From an uncultured Syntrophaceae bacterium (GTDB lineage: Bacteria; Desulfobacterota; Syntrophia; Syntrophales; UBA2185), in assembly GCA_964564625.1 (NCBI GenBank), contig CAZMBE010000004.1:51615-115614 (forward strand): DNA of 64,000 nucleotides, given 5' to 3'. Positions within the stretch are counted from its first letter, which is position 1; each line of letters opens with the position of its first letter. Below are positions 16,856 through 26,126 of the stretch, one piece after another. The translations under genes were made by a program, and so were the position numbers. A model generated the notes under the pieces. That model had not been told where the DNA came from and searched no databases. It worked only from the letters and a program-made list of their open reading frames with translations.

Positions 16856-17852
16856 GTTTTCCTTCTGCTTCTAATTTTTTCGTTGCATCGATAATAATTC
16901 TCTGACATTTTTCTATTTCAGACAACCTAATGGGGGGCATCATCTCTATATCTTCTTTCAGCATATCGGCACCACGTTTTGACATATTTCTGAAAATTAC
17001 TGCCCTCATCTCCTCATCGACCAACTTCAAAGCTCGGCCTAAGTCTTCCGTGGTAACTTCTCTCAATAATTCCTGAATACTCCTATCATCGAGTTTCAGG
17101 ATATCTTCAAATGTAAACATTTTCTTTCGTATTTCTGAGGCAATCTCAGGAACAGTATCATCAAGTGATTTCATCACGGCATTTTCTGTGTTTCGATTCA
17201 TCCTGTTCATAACCTCAGCCACCATTGCAATACCGCCGGGTTGCAGGTCACTAACACCTCCTATAATAATCTCTTTTTCCAGGGTTTTAGCAATGTCTTC
17301 TATAACTTCATGGGGAACACTCTTTAAGGTCGCCATCCTCTTCACAATGTCACACTGAATTTCAGGTGAAAGTGTCTCCAGAATACTTGCTGCCTGTTCG
17401 GCTCCCACATATGAGAGGATGAGAGCAATTGTCTGTGGATGCTCAGTTCTTGTGAAATCAATCAATACCTGTGGATCTATTTCCTGCAATTTCTGAATCA
17501 AAGGATTACGATAATGATTCCCTGACCCCGTAGTTCTTTCAATGCTTGATAAAATGTCATGTGCTGTTTCCTCGCCTGCAGCTTTTACAATGAGGTTCCG
17601 TAACGCATCACCATGGACGGGAAGGACCCCTCCCTTTTGTCTTGCCAGTGTACAAAACTCTTTGGCCACATTATTTACATCTTCCAAGGACACGTTGTTG
17701 AGTCGGCTCATCTGCTTTCCAATGAGTTCAATCTCTGAGGGGCTGAAATTTTTCATTACCTTTGCGGCAAGTTCCTCATCCAGGGATAACAATAATACGG
17801 CTATTTTCTCTTCATTCATAATGCATTGATCCAGTTGCTCTACCGTAACCAA
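16815..17852 (-). CDS. fliG: Flagellar motor switch protein FliG
   Basis: 345 aa. Contains EKIAVLLLSLDEELAAKVMKNFSPSEIE and MLKEDIEMMPPIRLSEIEKCQRIII, the FliG N- and C-domains. Confidence 0.93.
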   Translation of the reverse strand: MVTVEQLDQCIMNEEKIAVLLLSLDEELAAKVMKNFSPSEIELIGKQMSRLNNVSLEDVNNVAKEFCTLARQKGGVLPVHGDALRNLIVKAAGEETAHDILSSIERTTGSGNHYRNPLIQKLQEIDPQVLIDFTRTEHPQTIALILSYVGAEQAASILETLSPEIQCDIVKRMATLKSVPHEVIEDIAKTLEKEIIIGGVSDLQPGGIAMVAEVMNRMNRNTENAVMKSLDDTVPEIASEIRKKMFTFEDILKLDDRSIQELLREVTTEDLGRALKLVDEEMRAVIFRNMSKRGADMLKEDIEMMPPIRLSEIEKCQRIIIDATKKLEAEGKLVIARGEGGDQFV

Positions 17853-19441
17853 AGTCTCAGCAATTCAGCAAATCGCCTTGTATCGGCGTTGGCCATCTGT
17901 CTGACTAACTCTGTTTCGGTCAAGGCCACCATTGATTTATCTCCAATAGCCAAAGGACTGGCTATCCCTTCCAGTTCACCAGGCTGAGGCAGTTGACCTT
18001 CACGTGCGACAAACGAAGGTGTCTTTGCCTTTACCAATAACATCTTGATGAGTGGCTGCAGTACAAAGAGAACCAATAATGCAAGCACCGCCAGCATAAC
18101 GAGATACTTAATTACAGGATAAAACACGGGTACCTTTTCCTGCCATGATCCTTTTACCCCACTTGCTGCATCGAAATCACCCTTATTGAAAGGAACATTG
18201 GTGATGACAACCTGATCACCCCTTTTGGTGTCAAATCCTGACGCCTTCTTTACCAGTTCTTCAAGATCCGTCAGTTCCTTCTTTGATCTCGGCTGGAATT
18301 CTTCTACTCCCTTATCATTTTTTACATAAAGCCCGTCTACCAGCACGGCTACTGACAGTTTTTTGATCTCCCCTACAGGCATGACGGTTTTGCTCACAAC
18401 TTTATTTATCTCATAATTCACCACTTCATCAAGGCGCTCACTGCCCGGCCCCTGTTTTGTTGCTGTTGTGCTCGTCTGCTTACCTCCGACGGGCGCAATT
18501 GTTGACTGCCCCCCCGCCACTATTGCCCCTGTGCCTGATTTTTGTGACTGCCGCTGCATGCTTCTTACTACAGGCTCTTCAGGATCATATTTTTCCTCCG
18601 TTTTTTCTGTGATCCGGAAATCAAGGTCCGCCGTCGCCCTCACCACCACTTTTCCCTCACCTACTACTCTTTCAAGCATGGTTTGGACTCTGTTCGTAAG
18701 ATCTTTCTCTATGTTTCTCTGAAACTCTACCTGGGAATTTGACATCCTCGCCAGTTTTGATTCATCCCGTATCGTAGACAATACCTTGCCGCTGTTATCA
18801 ACGACCATCACATCGGAAGGATTCATTCCCTCCACAGAGCTTGCCACTAAGTGAACTATCCCATCAATTTGCGGCGGACGTAAGGTTCTGCCCGACTTTA
18901 ATTTAAGAATAACAGACGCTGTAGATTTTTTCTGATCTTCTACAAAAAGAGACTTTCTGGGTATCACTAGATGGACCCTGCTCTGTTGTATTTCATCCAA
19001 CCCGTTAATAGTTCGGGAAAGCTCTCCTTGAAGAGCCCGTTGGTAATTTAACTGCTGTACGAATTCCGTGGTACCAAAAGATTTATTGTCAAATATCTCA
19101 AACCCGACTCCTCCGCCCTGGGGTAACCCGGAAGACGCCAGTTCCAGTCTAAGTTCGGAAATCTTTTCAGAGGGAACAAGGATAGAATCACCGGTTGCGG
19201 ACAGCTTATAGGGCACCTTCTTTTCCTGCAATCTCGAGACAATATTTCCCGCATCCTCCGTACTGAGATTGGAAAATAGTACACGATATTCAGGTTGACT
19301 GGTCCAATAGACCATTGCCCCTATTCCAATACACGTAACCGCTGCAATCGCAAGAATAGACAGCTTTTTCGAAAGTTCTAATGTAGTGAAGCCTTTCCAA
19401 ATCTGGCTGAAAAAATTAATGAATGATTCCATATTACCCAC
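17840..19441 (-). CDS. fliF: Flagellar M-ring protein FliF
   Basis: 533 aa. N-terminal TM segment, YscJ/FliF domain (SGLPQGGGVGFEIFD...YQRALQGELSRTI), and a second TM segment near the C-terminus. Confidence 0.93.
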   Translation of the reverse strand: MGNMESFINFFSQIWKGFTTLELSKKLSILAIAAVTCIGIGAMVYWTSQPEYRVLFSNLSTEDAGNIVSRLQEKKVPYKLSATGDSILVPSEKISELRLELASSGLPQGGGVGFEIFDNKSFGTTEFVQQLNYQRALQGELSRTINGLDEIQQSRVHLVIPRKSLFVEDQKKSTASVILKLKSGRTLRPPQIDGIVHLVASSVEGMNPSDVMVVDNSGKVLSTIRDESKLARMSNSQVEFQRNIEKDLTNRVQTMLERVVGEGKVVVRATADLDFRITEKTEEKYDPEEPVVRSMQRQSQKSGTGAIVAGGQSTIAPVGGKQTSTTATKQGPGSERLDEVVNYEINKVVSKTVMPVGEIKKLSVAVLVDGLYVKNDKGVEEFQPRSKKELTDLEELVKKASGFDTKRGDQVVITNVPFNKGDFDAASGVKGSWQEKVPVFYPVIKYLVMLAVLALLVLFVLQPLIKMLLVKAKTPSFVAREGQLPQPGELEGIASPLAIGDKSMVALTETELVRQMANADTRRFAELLRLWLR

Positions 19442-19459
19442 CGTAAAATTTTAAATATA

Positions 19460-19792
19460 TCACACTTGCATTCTCATAATTTCCTGATAGGCTTCTATAA
19501 TCTTATTGCGCACCTGCATCATTGTTCTGAATGAAAGATCCGCCTTTTCCAGAGCGACTACCGCTTCATGAATGCTTCCAGAATTTCCCAGTTCAACGTT
19601 TGTAATAGCCTGATCCGCATCCAATTGAAGCTGGTTGATTTCATTCAACTTGTTTTTAAGGATGGTGCTGAACTCTGCTTTGCCCTCTTGGCCGCCTTCC
19701 TGTAATTTACCGGCTGTGGTTGAGGACTGTAATGGATTATTTCTAATCGATAAATCACTCATGCTCAAATTACCTCCTGTGTATCTCGGCAC
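19460..19792 (-). CDS. fliE: Flagellar hook-basal body complex protein FliE
   Basis: 110 aa. The C-terminus LEKADLSFRTMMQVRNKIIEAYQEIMRMQV is the FliE signature. Confidence 0.87.
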   Translation of the reverse strand: MPRYTGGNLSMSDLSIRNNPLQSSTTAGKLQEGGQEGKAEFSTILKNKLNEINQLQLDADQAITNVELGNSGSIHEAVVALEKADLSFRTMMQVRNKIIEAYQEIMRMQV

Positions 19793-19814
19793 GCATCTCT
19801 CTTTTTCTTACACC

Positions 19815-20246
19815 CTACTTTCCTATATCCAAGGTCTTGATTGCCATATTCTTCGAGGCATCGAAAGCCGTCACACACGCTTCATATGCCCTGTTGGTCA
19901 GCATCATATCCACCATTTCCGTCACGACATTAATGTTAGGTATGGCTACGAAACCCCTGGCATCCGCATCTGGATGACCAGGATTATGTATCATTTTGAC
20001 GCTTTCGTCTGCGGCAGCTTCTTCAATACCGTCTACTTTCACCGTTTTTACGGCATCCTTAAGCTGCGAATCAAAACTGTTGTCGACAGAATCAGCAGAA
20101 AAGACCACTACCTTTCTCTTGTAAGGTCCTCCCTCTGGCGTTCGTGTCGTGTTGACGTTCGCAATGTTGCTGACAATAACATCCATCTTCGCTCGCTGGG
20201 CCGCGAGCCCGTCTCCACAGATCTTGAAGGGTGTATAAAATTCCAT
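19815..20246 (-). CDS. flgC: Flagellar basal-body rod protein FlgC
   Basis: 143 aa. Contains DVIVSNIANVNTTRTPEGGPYKRK and the C-terminus MVDMMLTNRAYEACVTAFDASKNM. Confidence 0.92.
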   Translation of the reverse strand: MEFYTPFKICGDGLAAQRAKMDVIVSNIANVNTTRTPEGGPYKRKVVVFSADSVDNSFDSQLKDAVKTVKVDGIEEAAADESVKMIHNPGHPDADARGFVAIPNINVVTEMVDMMLTNRAYEACVTAFDASKNMAIKTLDIGK

Positions 20247-20247
20247 A

Positions 20248-20622
20248 TCACTTCACCTCATTTAAAACAGTCTTGATACTTCTCAATTTTCTGCTTAACA
20301 GTTCAACAGACAGGTTATACATCAGGTGATTTTCCGCAAGATTTGCCATTTCTTTTTCGACATTAACTCTTTCTTCAGAATCAACAAAATCACCCTCTAT
20401 TAAACCAGCATTTACAAACTGGCCGGAGATGTGCTTTTTGTCCGTCTTCGTCAGTTGTTTTTGCATTGCCTCCCCAATGAGACCTTTGAATTGTAAATCC
20501 TTTGATGTGTATTCAGGTGTATCGATATTTGCGATATTTGAACTAATTAACTGATGCTTCTGGGATCGGAAATCCATCATGGAAGTCAAGATTTTGATTG
20601 TTTTTCCGAACAAAAATTCCAC
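20248..20622 (-). CDS. flgB: Flagellar basal-body rod protein FlgB
   Basis: 124 aa. The GTG start has GGAG 7 nt upstream. Contains LISSNIANIDTPEY and LAENHLMYNLSVELLSRKL. Confidence 0.9.
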   Translation of the reverse strand: MEFLFGKTIKILTSMMDFRSQKHQLISSNIANIDTPEYTSKDLQFKGLIGEAMQKQLTKTDKKHISGQFVNAGLIEGDFVDSEERVNVEKEMANLAENHLMYNLSVELLSRKLRSIKTVLNEVK

Positions 20623-20684
20623 TTAAAAACTCCTTTTTTCGTCTGCTCGTGTAAAATATTTGTGAAAAGTTACATCAAAATACT

Positions 20685-20700
20685 TGCAAAGCACGTACCA
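20685..20700 (-). promoter_or_regulatory. Sigma-54 (-24/-12) promoter upstream of flgB
   Basis: The minus strand reads TGGTACGTGCTTTGCA with exact GG-N10-GC spacing. It lies about 65 nt upstream of the flgB start. Confidence 0.75.
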
Positions 20701-20941
20701 GAGCAAATGCTGTTTCGGGATCTACAAACTTTTAACCCTCATTTCTCAATCATCCGCTAATCCATAATCGAAATAACTAAATTTTAAACTTTTTTCGACA
20801 TTAGCCTTTTATTATTATTCAGTGTTTAGGATTTAATAGTGAGTACTTGTCCTTAGTGTATGTTTCGGATTCATAATGTATAGCAACCAACCGGGAAAAT
20901 TTTTCCGGTTCAGCAACGGGGCATTTTTTTGACGAGCATGT

Positions 20942-22309
20942 TCATAAATCTGTCATTTTATACTCATTCAACTTATTGCGCATGGTACGAACACTAATAC
21001 CTAAAATTTTTGAAGCTTTTGTCTTATTCCCGTCAACTTCTTTGAGCGTTTCAAAAATCAGATTTTTTTCAACCTCCCACAATGTGGATCCTTTAAAAGA
21101 AATATCTGCTGAAGCAGCTTCTAAATGTTCTTCTTCCCCCACCTCCAGGTGCAGATGTTCCTCTCTAATTTCATCCCCGTTTACTATCAACACTGCCCTC
21201 TCAATAATATTCTCGAATTCTCTGACGTTCCCCGGCCATGCATAATTCTTTAATAAACTCATTGCCCCTTCAGATACGACAGGACATTTTCGTCCCGTAA
21301 TTCCGCTGTATTTCTTCAAAAAATAATCACCAAGTAACAGGATATCGCTCATTCTGTTCCTGAGTGGAGGTATGTGAACCGGGATGACATTCAGCCGGTA
21401 ATACAAATCCTCCCTGAACTTTTTTTCAGAAATGTCTTTTTTCAAATCCGAATTTGTCGTGGCAATTATTCTCACGTCAACAGGGATGGTTTCTCTCCCT
21501 CCCAATCTGTCAATTTCACCCTCCTGGATAGCCCGGAGAAGCTTCGCCTGAAGCTGAATATCCATTTCACTGATTTCATCCAGTAATAAAGTCCCCCCGT
21601 CGGCCAGCTCGAATTTTCCCGGTCGTTTCTGCAACGCACCGGTAAAAGCACCCTTCTCATACCCAAACATTTCACTTTCCAGCAGTGTATGCGGAACAGC
21701 TGCACAATTCACTGCAATAAAGGGCATATGGGATCTATTGCTATAACGATGAATGTACCGTGCGAACAACTCCTTTCCTGTACCACTCTCACCTTGAATC
21801 AGGACGCTGGATTTGCTCTTTGACACACACTTGAGTAGTTCAAGAAGTGAAATCATTTTTTTGTCACAGGTGATGATCTCTTTAAAGGAAGATAGTACTT
21901 CTTCCTTAACCTTCTCTTTACCCCGGCCTTCACCATTACTTGAAAATACATTCTTTACAACAGACTCAAGATCTTCCAGGGAAAAAGGTTTCATGATAAA
22001 ATCTGAAGCCCCTTCCTTCATCGCTGAAACAGCGGTATTCACAGTCCCATACGCAGTAATAACAATAACATGCGTTTCAGACGAAATCTTTTTGACACCG
22101 CGAAGTACTTCCATACCGCCCACCTTCGGCATGCGCATATCCGTGATAACCAGATCGTACTTTCCCTTACTAAATTTCCTGAGGGCATCTGCACCATCCA
22201 CGGCGTTGTCTACTTCATACCCGCAACTCAGCAAAGATTCGGATAATGCCATCCGCATGGAAGGGTCATCATCAACAACTAAAACAGGCTTCCTATTCAT
22301 ATCCATCAC
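20942..22309 (-). CDS. Sigma-54-dependent response regulator (REC + AAA+ with GAFTGA + Fis-type HTH); FlrC/FleR/AtoC-like
   Basis: 455 aa. REC domain ([14 protein letters not shown]). Walker [15 protein letters not shown] loop YEKGAFTGA. The C-terminal HTH reads [20 protein letters not shown]. Confidence 0.92.
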   Translation of the reverse strand: MMDMNRKPVLVVDDDPSMRMALSESLLSCGYEVDNAVDGADALRKFSKGKYDLVITDMRMPKVGGMEVLRGVKKISSETHVIVITAYGTVNTAVSAMKEGASDFIMKPFSLEDLESVVKNVFSSNGEGRGKEKVKEEVLSSFKEIITCDKKMISLLELLKCVSKSKSSVLIQGESGTGKELFARYIHRYSNRSHMPFIAVNCAAVPHTLLESEMFGYEKGAFTGALQKRPGKFELADGGTLLLDEISEMDIQLQAKLLRAIQEGEIDRLGGRETIPVDVRIIATTNSDLKKDISEKKFREDLYYRLNVIPVHIPPLRNRMSDILLLGDYFLKKYSGITGRKCPVVSEGAMSLLKNYAWPGNVREFENIIERAVLIVNGDEIREEHLHLEVGEEEHLEAASADISFKGSTLWEVEKNLIFETLKEVDGNKTKASKILGISVRTMRNKLNEYKMTDL

Positions 22310-23609
22310 CTAAGATACCAAGTCCCTCCACAGTTTCAGTATTCCGGATCCACTGTGTCATAGGGAACATGATACTGAATACTGTTCCTTCTTTTTCCCT
22401 GCTCTCCACATCGATTGCACCTCCATGCATATGGATGATGTTATGGACAATAGCAAGGCCAAGACCCGATCCTCTTTCTCTAGTGCTGAAAAAAGGATCA
22501 AATATTTTTTTTAAGTTATCCCTCGGAATACCGACTCCTGTATCGGATACCCTGACCTCAACATTACCATTACTGCTCCCTTCATGATCATGAGACACAC
22601 TTGTTTCAATAGAAAGACACCCGCCATCCGTCATGGCTTGTATGGAATTTAATAAAATATTGAGAAAAACCTGCTTAAGCATCTCCGCGTCCCCTCTGAT
22701 GGAGGGCTCAACATCGGCATACCGCACTGATAATGTTATACTTTCCTGTTTGATAACCGCCTCAGAAAATTGAAGCACTTCCCTTACAACATCGTGAATG
22801 TTAATATTTCTCATGACGGGATTCCTCTGAGTGGTGAACAACAGGAGGTTGGAAATTTTATTGTCCATATTCTTTACAGAAGTAATAATATGTGACAATC
22901 TTCCCTGGTATTTTTCATTTTTCATATCCTTCATTAGCAATGAAGCGAATAGCTCTATACTGCCTAGTGGGTTTCTTATTTCATGAGCGATATTCGCGGC
23001 CATATCACCCATCGCCGCAAGTTTTTCTGTTCGCTTTGCCATCTCCTCCAGTTTTTCAATCCTGGTAATATCTCGCAGGATAAAGATAGTTCCTATGATT
23101 TTACCTTTTTCATCCTTCATGGGAGAGTCAAAAACATCAATGATCCTGTCCTTCAGATTGACTTTTTTCCATGTGTTCTCATTATTTTCGGTACAAGGCA
23201 AAACCATTCGTTCGAAACCGCTCAGGTCATCAAATAAACTCTTAAAATGTTTCCCTGTAACCTGATTCTGAGTAACTCCAAAAAAAGTTTCGGCACACCT
23301 GTTGAGCGTTGTGATGCTTCCGGTAAGATCAGTAACAACCACCCCGGTGGTTAGACTTTCCAGTATATTTCGCAGGTAATTTTTTACTTCCTCTTTCTCC
23401 GTTATTGTTCGCTTGAGTTCCTGATTTTTATATTCCAATTCCCTATTGATCTCTTCAAACTTCTGCTCGAGATTTGTAAAGGCATGCTGAAGCCTGACAG
23501 TCGCTTGATTAAATTCATTGAATGACTTTTGCAGAAAATGGTAATGGTCACCTGCTATTTCAGATTCATTCATAATTATCCCGTTAATCCCTGCATTTTT
23601 GTACGTCAT
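22293..23609 (-). CDS. Cytoplasmic sensor histidine kinase (coiled coil + PAS + HisKA + HATPase_c); FlrB/FleS-like
   Basis: 438 aa with no TM segment. H-box AHEIRNPLGSI. N/G boxes (VFLNILLNSIQAM, DTGVGI, GSGLGLAIV). The start overlaps the TPR gene stop (ATGA), and the 3' end overlaps the response-regulator gene by 17 nt. Confidence 0.9.
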   Translation of the reverse strand: MTYKNAGINGIIMNESEIAGDHYHFLQKSFNEFNQATVRLQHAFTNLEQKFEEINRELEYKNQELKRTITEKEEVKNYLRNILESLTTGVVVTDLTGSITTLNRCAETFFGVTQNQVTGKHFKSLFDDLSGFERMVLPCTENNENTWKKVNLKDRIIDVFDSPMKDEKGKIIGTIFILRDITRIEKLEEMAKRTEKLAAMGDMAANIAHEIRNPLGSIELFASLLMKDMKNEKYQGRLSHIITSVKNMDNKISNLLLFTTQRNPVMRNINIHDVVREVLQFSEAVIKQESITLSVRYADVEPSIRGDAEMLKQVFLNILLNSIQAMTDGGCLSIETSVSHDHEGSSNGNVEVRVSDTGVGIPRDNLKKIFDPFFSTRERGSGLGLAIVHNIIHMHGGAIDVESREKEGTVFSIMFPMTQWIRNTETVEGLGILGDGYE

Positions 23610-25762
23610 TGTTGTATTAACGCATACTTATCATGCCAGCTGTATTCTCTTAATGCGTGATCAGCAATATTTGACCAGAAGCCTTCACCGCCCTTGGTTT
23701 TTAACTCCGAAAATTTTTTGTCTGCCATGTCTGATTCTCTCAATTCTGCATATCCCCGCCCCATACTGTAGATTGTCCATAGGTTTTCATGTCTTTCATG
23801 CTTAACCAGAGATTGTTTATATATAGATATCGCTTCGCCATATCTCCCACCCTCAAACAAACAGTCTCCCAGGCCTCTATATGAATCAATAATAACTTCT
23901 ACAGGATATTTTTGACTTTCCTTGTTATAGATTTCTATAGCCTTTTGATAACTGCTTATAGCCAATGGCAGTGATTTAATTGCTTTCATGCATTCAGCGT
24001 AATTCAGATAGACCAACGCCATACCTTCCATACTTTCGCCAGAGGACAAAAGCTTAGAATAATAGAGCGCAGACTTTTCAAACTGACCTTTTTTAAAGTA
24101 GACGTTCCCAAGAATTCTGCTCATTTGCTTATGCATAGGGTTTTCGGGTACATAAGATTTTACTGTTCCCTTAGATCTGTTTTTACAGTTATGGGATATC
24201 GATTTTCGCTCTGCTTCTGAGGAAATCGCCGACAATTGCTGTAACACTCTTTCGATATTATCATAATTTCCCCTTTCACATTCAGTGTCAGCGATAGCCA
24301 GCAAAATCTTATTTCTATCAATAATGCTGCAGGAGGTCTTCAATAGCTTTTCAAACACTTCCATCGCTTCATTATGAAGTCTCAGCCTTTTCAGACTGTC
24401 ACCCATTAGGTAAGACATTTTAAAATTATCTCCTGTGATAAGACCTTTATCGCGGGACTTAAAATATATATCAGCCAGTGCCAGATAATCCCCTTTTGCA
24501 TAATTCTCTTCTACAAGGCGGTCAGTAGTCATAATAATATATTTTATGGCTTCTGCCTTGTATTTGCCTTGGGAAAACTGAGAGAGCAATTGTCTGTACG
24601 CATCAAAGCTCTCTTTATATCTGTTGTTTTTAAACAAAATGAATCCTTTTTGAAACAGTAAATCCTCCGCATATTTGCCAGTTGGAAATTTAGCGAGCAT
24701 ATCCTTATATGTCTGGAGCGGATCGATGTAATTCTGCATCCCTTGGAAATACTGAGGCACCTTCATTCCCGGTTTCTTCACACCTGTGTTCGCCATCATA
24801 ATAGCGCTTTCCATTGCTTCACTGCTGTTGGGATATCTTTCTATGACGAGACTGAACATCTTGAGGGCAAGGTGAAGTTGATCAAGCTCCACTAGTGATC
24901 GGGCAGCGTAGAAGAGACCTCTTTTGCAGTTTTCACTGTCCGTGAAGGCATTACTATAAAAGAAAAAGATTCTCAGGGCATCGCGATATTTCATACTCCG
25001 GAAGTAATGAAAGCCAAGATTCAACAGGACATCTTCGGGAATATTTTCCAAGTCAGGCCATTTATCCAAGGCATCCCGATACCATCTTTCTGCCACATCT
25101 TCCTTATGACCCTGAGAGTAACAATCACCCAGGCTAAAATACGCCTTTTTTGCATATTCTCCTGCAGGAAATTTACGCACATATTCTTCATACTTTAGTG
25201 CAGCTTCATCAAATTTCTTCATTTTGTAGAACATATCGCCCATTCTGAATACAGCCTCCGGAACGTGAGGAGAATCGGGATTGGCTACACAGAAATTATC
25301 AAATTCCCGTATTGCTTCATAATAGAAATTCAATACTGCATAACTATCGGCCACCCTGTATAAAGCAATCGCATTTTCATCACGAGAACTCGGGTATTTC
25401 TGCATGATATTTTTATATAGATCGGATGCGGTATGGAGATTTTTTTTCTCTCCTTTTAAACCAAGAAAATAATGACAGTCTGCTATATAGCGCAGAAACC
25501 TTTCCTTGTCAGGAGACTCATCAGGTTCATTCTTCACAAGCGATTTAAATTTTTCCAAAGCATCCTCATATACCCCTGATTGATAATCCACCATGGCTTG
25601 ATCAAATAAACGGTTATCAGATTTAGTGTACTGATCAGCTGCGATATGCTCCGAGGAACCTTTATTCTTCGTATATTCCTTATTATCGCCGCCTTCAGTG
25701 AATCCGCTTAATCGGCATATCAGAATCAATATTAGCAAGGGTAAGATTACAAATTTCTTCAT
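23606..25762 (-). CDS. Exported TPR-repeat protein (718 aa), first gene of the kinase/regulator operon
   Basis: Signal peptide MKKFVILPLLILILICRLSG. Many TPR-like units with the Y..A...F/Y pattern run throughout the protein. Confidence 0.8.
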   Translation of the reverse strand: MKKFVILPLLILILICRLSGFTEGGDNKEYTKNKGSSEHIAADQYTKSDNRLFDQAMVDYQSGVYEDALEKFKSLVKNEPDESPDKERFLRYIADCHYFLGLKGEKKNLHTASDLYKNIMQKYPSSRDENAIALYRVADSYAVLNFYYEAIREFDNFCVANPDSPHVPEAVFRMGDMFYKMKKFDEAALKYEEYVRKFPAGEYAKKAYFSLGDCYSQGHKEDVAERWYRDALDKWPDLENIPEDVLLNLGFHYFRSMKYRDALRIFFFYSNAFTDSENCKRGLFYAARSLVELDQLHLALKMFSLVIERYPNSSEAMESAIMMANTGVKKPGMKVPQYFQGMQNYIDPLQTYKDMLAKFPTGKYAEDLLFQKGFILFKNNRYKESFDAYRQLLSQFSQGKYKAEAIKYIIMTTDRLVEENYAKGDYLALADIYFKSRDKGLITGDNFKMSYLMGDSLKRLRLHNEAMEVFEKLLKTSCSIIDRNKILLAIADTECERGNYDNIERVLQQLSAISSEAERKSISHNCKNRSKGTVKSYVPENPMHKQMSRILGNVYFKKGQFEKSALYYSKLLSSGESMEGMALVYLNYAECMKAIKSLPLAISSYQKAIEIYNKESQKYPVEVIIDSYRGLGDCLFEGGRYGEAISIYKQSLVKHERHENLWTIYSMGRGYAELRESDMADKKFSELKTKGGEGFWSNIADHALREYSWHDKYALIQQ

Positions 25763-25817
25763 ACATTAAAATCTACACAGTGTATTCGAGATAAATAGCA
25801 TATCAGCAACAAGCATG

Positions 25818-25833
25818 AGCAATTTACATACCA
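25818..25833 (-). promoter_or_regulatory. Sigma-54 (-24/-12) promoter upstream of the TPR-kinase-regulator operon
   Basis: The minus strand reads TGGTATGTAAATTGCT with exact spacing. It lies about 56 nt upstream of the ATG at 25762. Confidence 0.72.
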
Positions 25834-26126
25834 TCTGTCAAAAACAGTCTATCCCTTTTAATTACAGCAGAATACAAGATGTTATCCTTCTCTGACAGAC
25901 AATGTAAAAACATCATTCACGTCAAATAGCTATCATTCAAGCCAATTTTTTGACCAGCAGAACATAGTATTTTGCGGATACAAATACTTTGACCGGACAT
26001 GCTGGAAAACAAATCAAGAAAGCACTCTGTGTGTGTCGGTAAAGGCTTTGATTTTCTAGATTATATAAGATTGGGACGGTTAGATAAAAAACAAAAAAAG
26101 TTGATGACCTGTTATATCATGAATAT

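Noticed and set aside
15444-20276. Long antisense ORFs inside flagellar genes, for example 15444-16007 (+, 187 aa) and 19635-20276 (+, 213 aa)
   Set aside because: They lie opposite strongly supported fliI, fliE and flgC coding sequence. Their products are Pro/Ser/Arg-rich with no motifs and no RBS. This is a typical antisense-frame artefact. The same reasoning applies to 21813-22313, 25999-26601, 37329-37874, 51229-51669, 52770-53318, 60836-61312 and 61587-62096.
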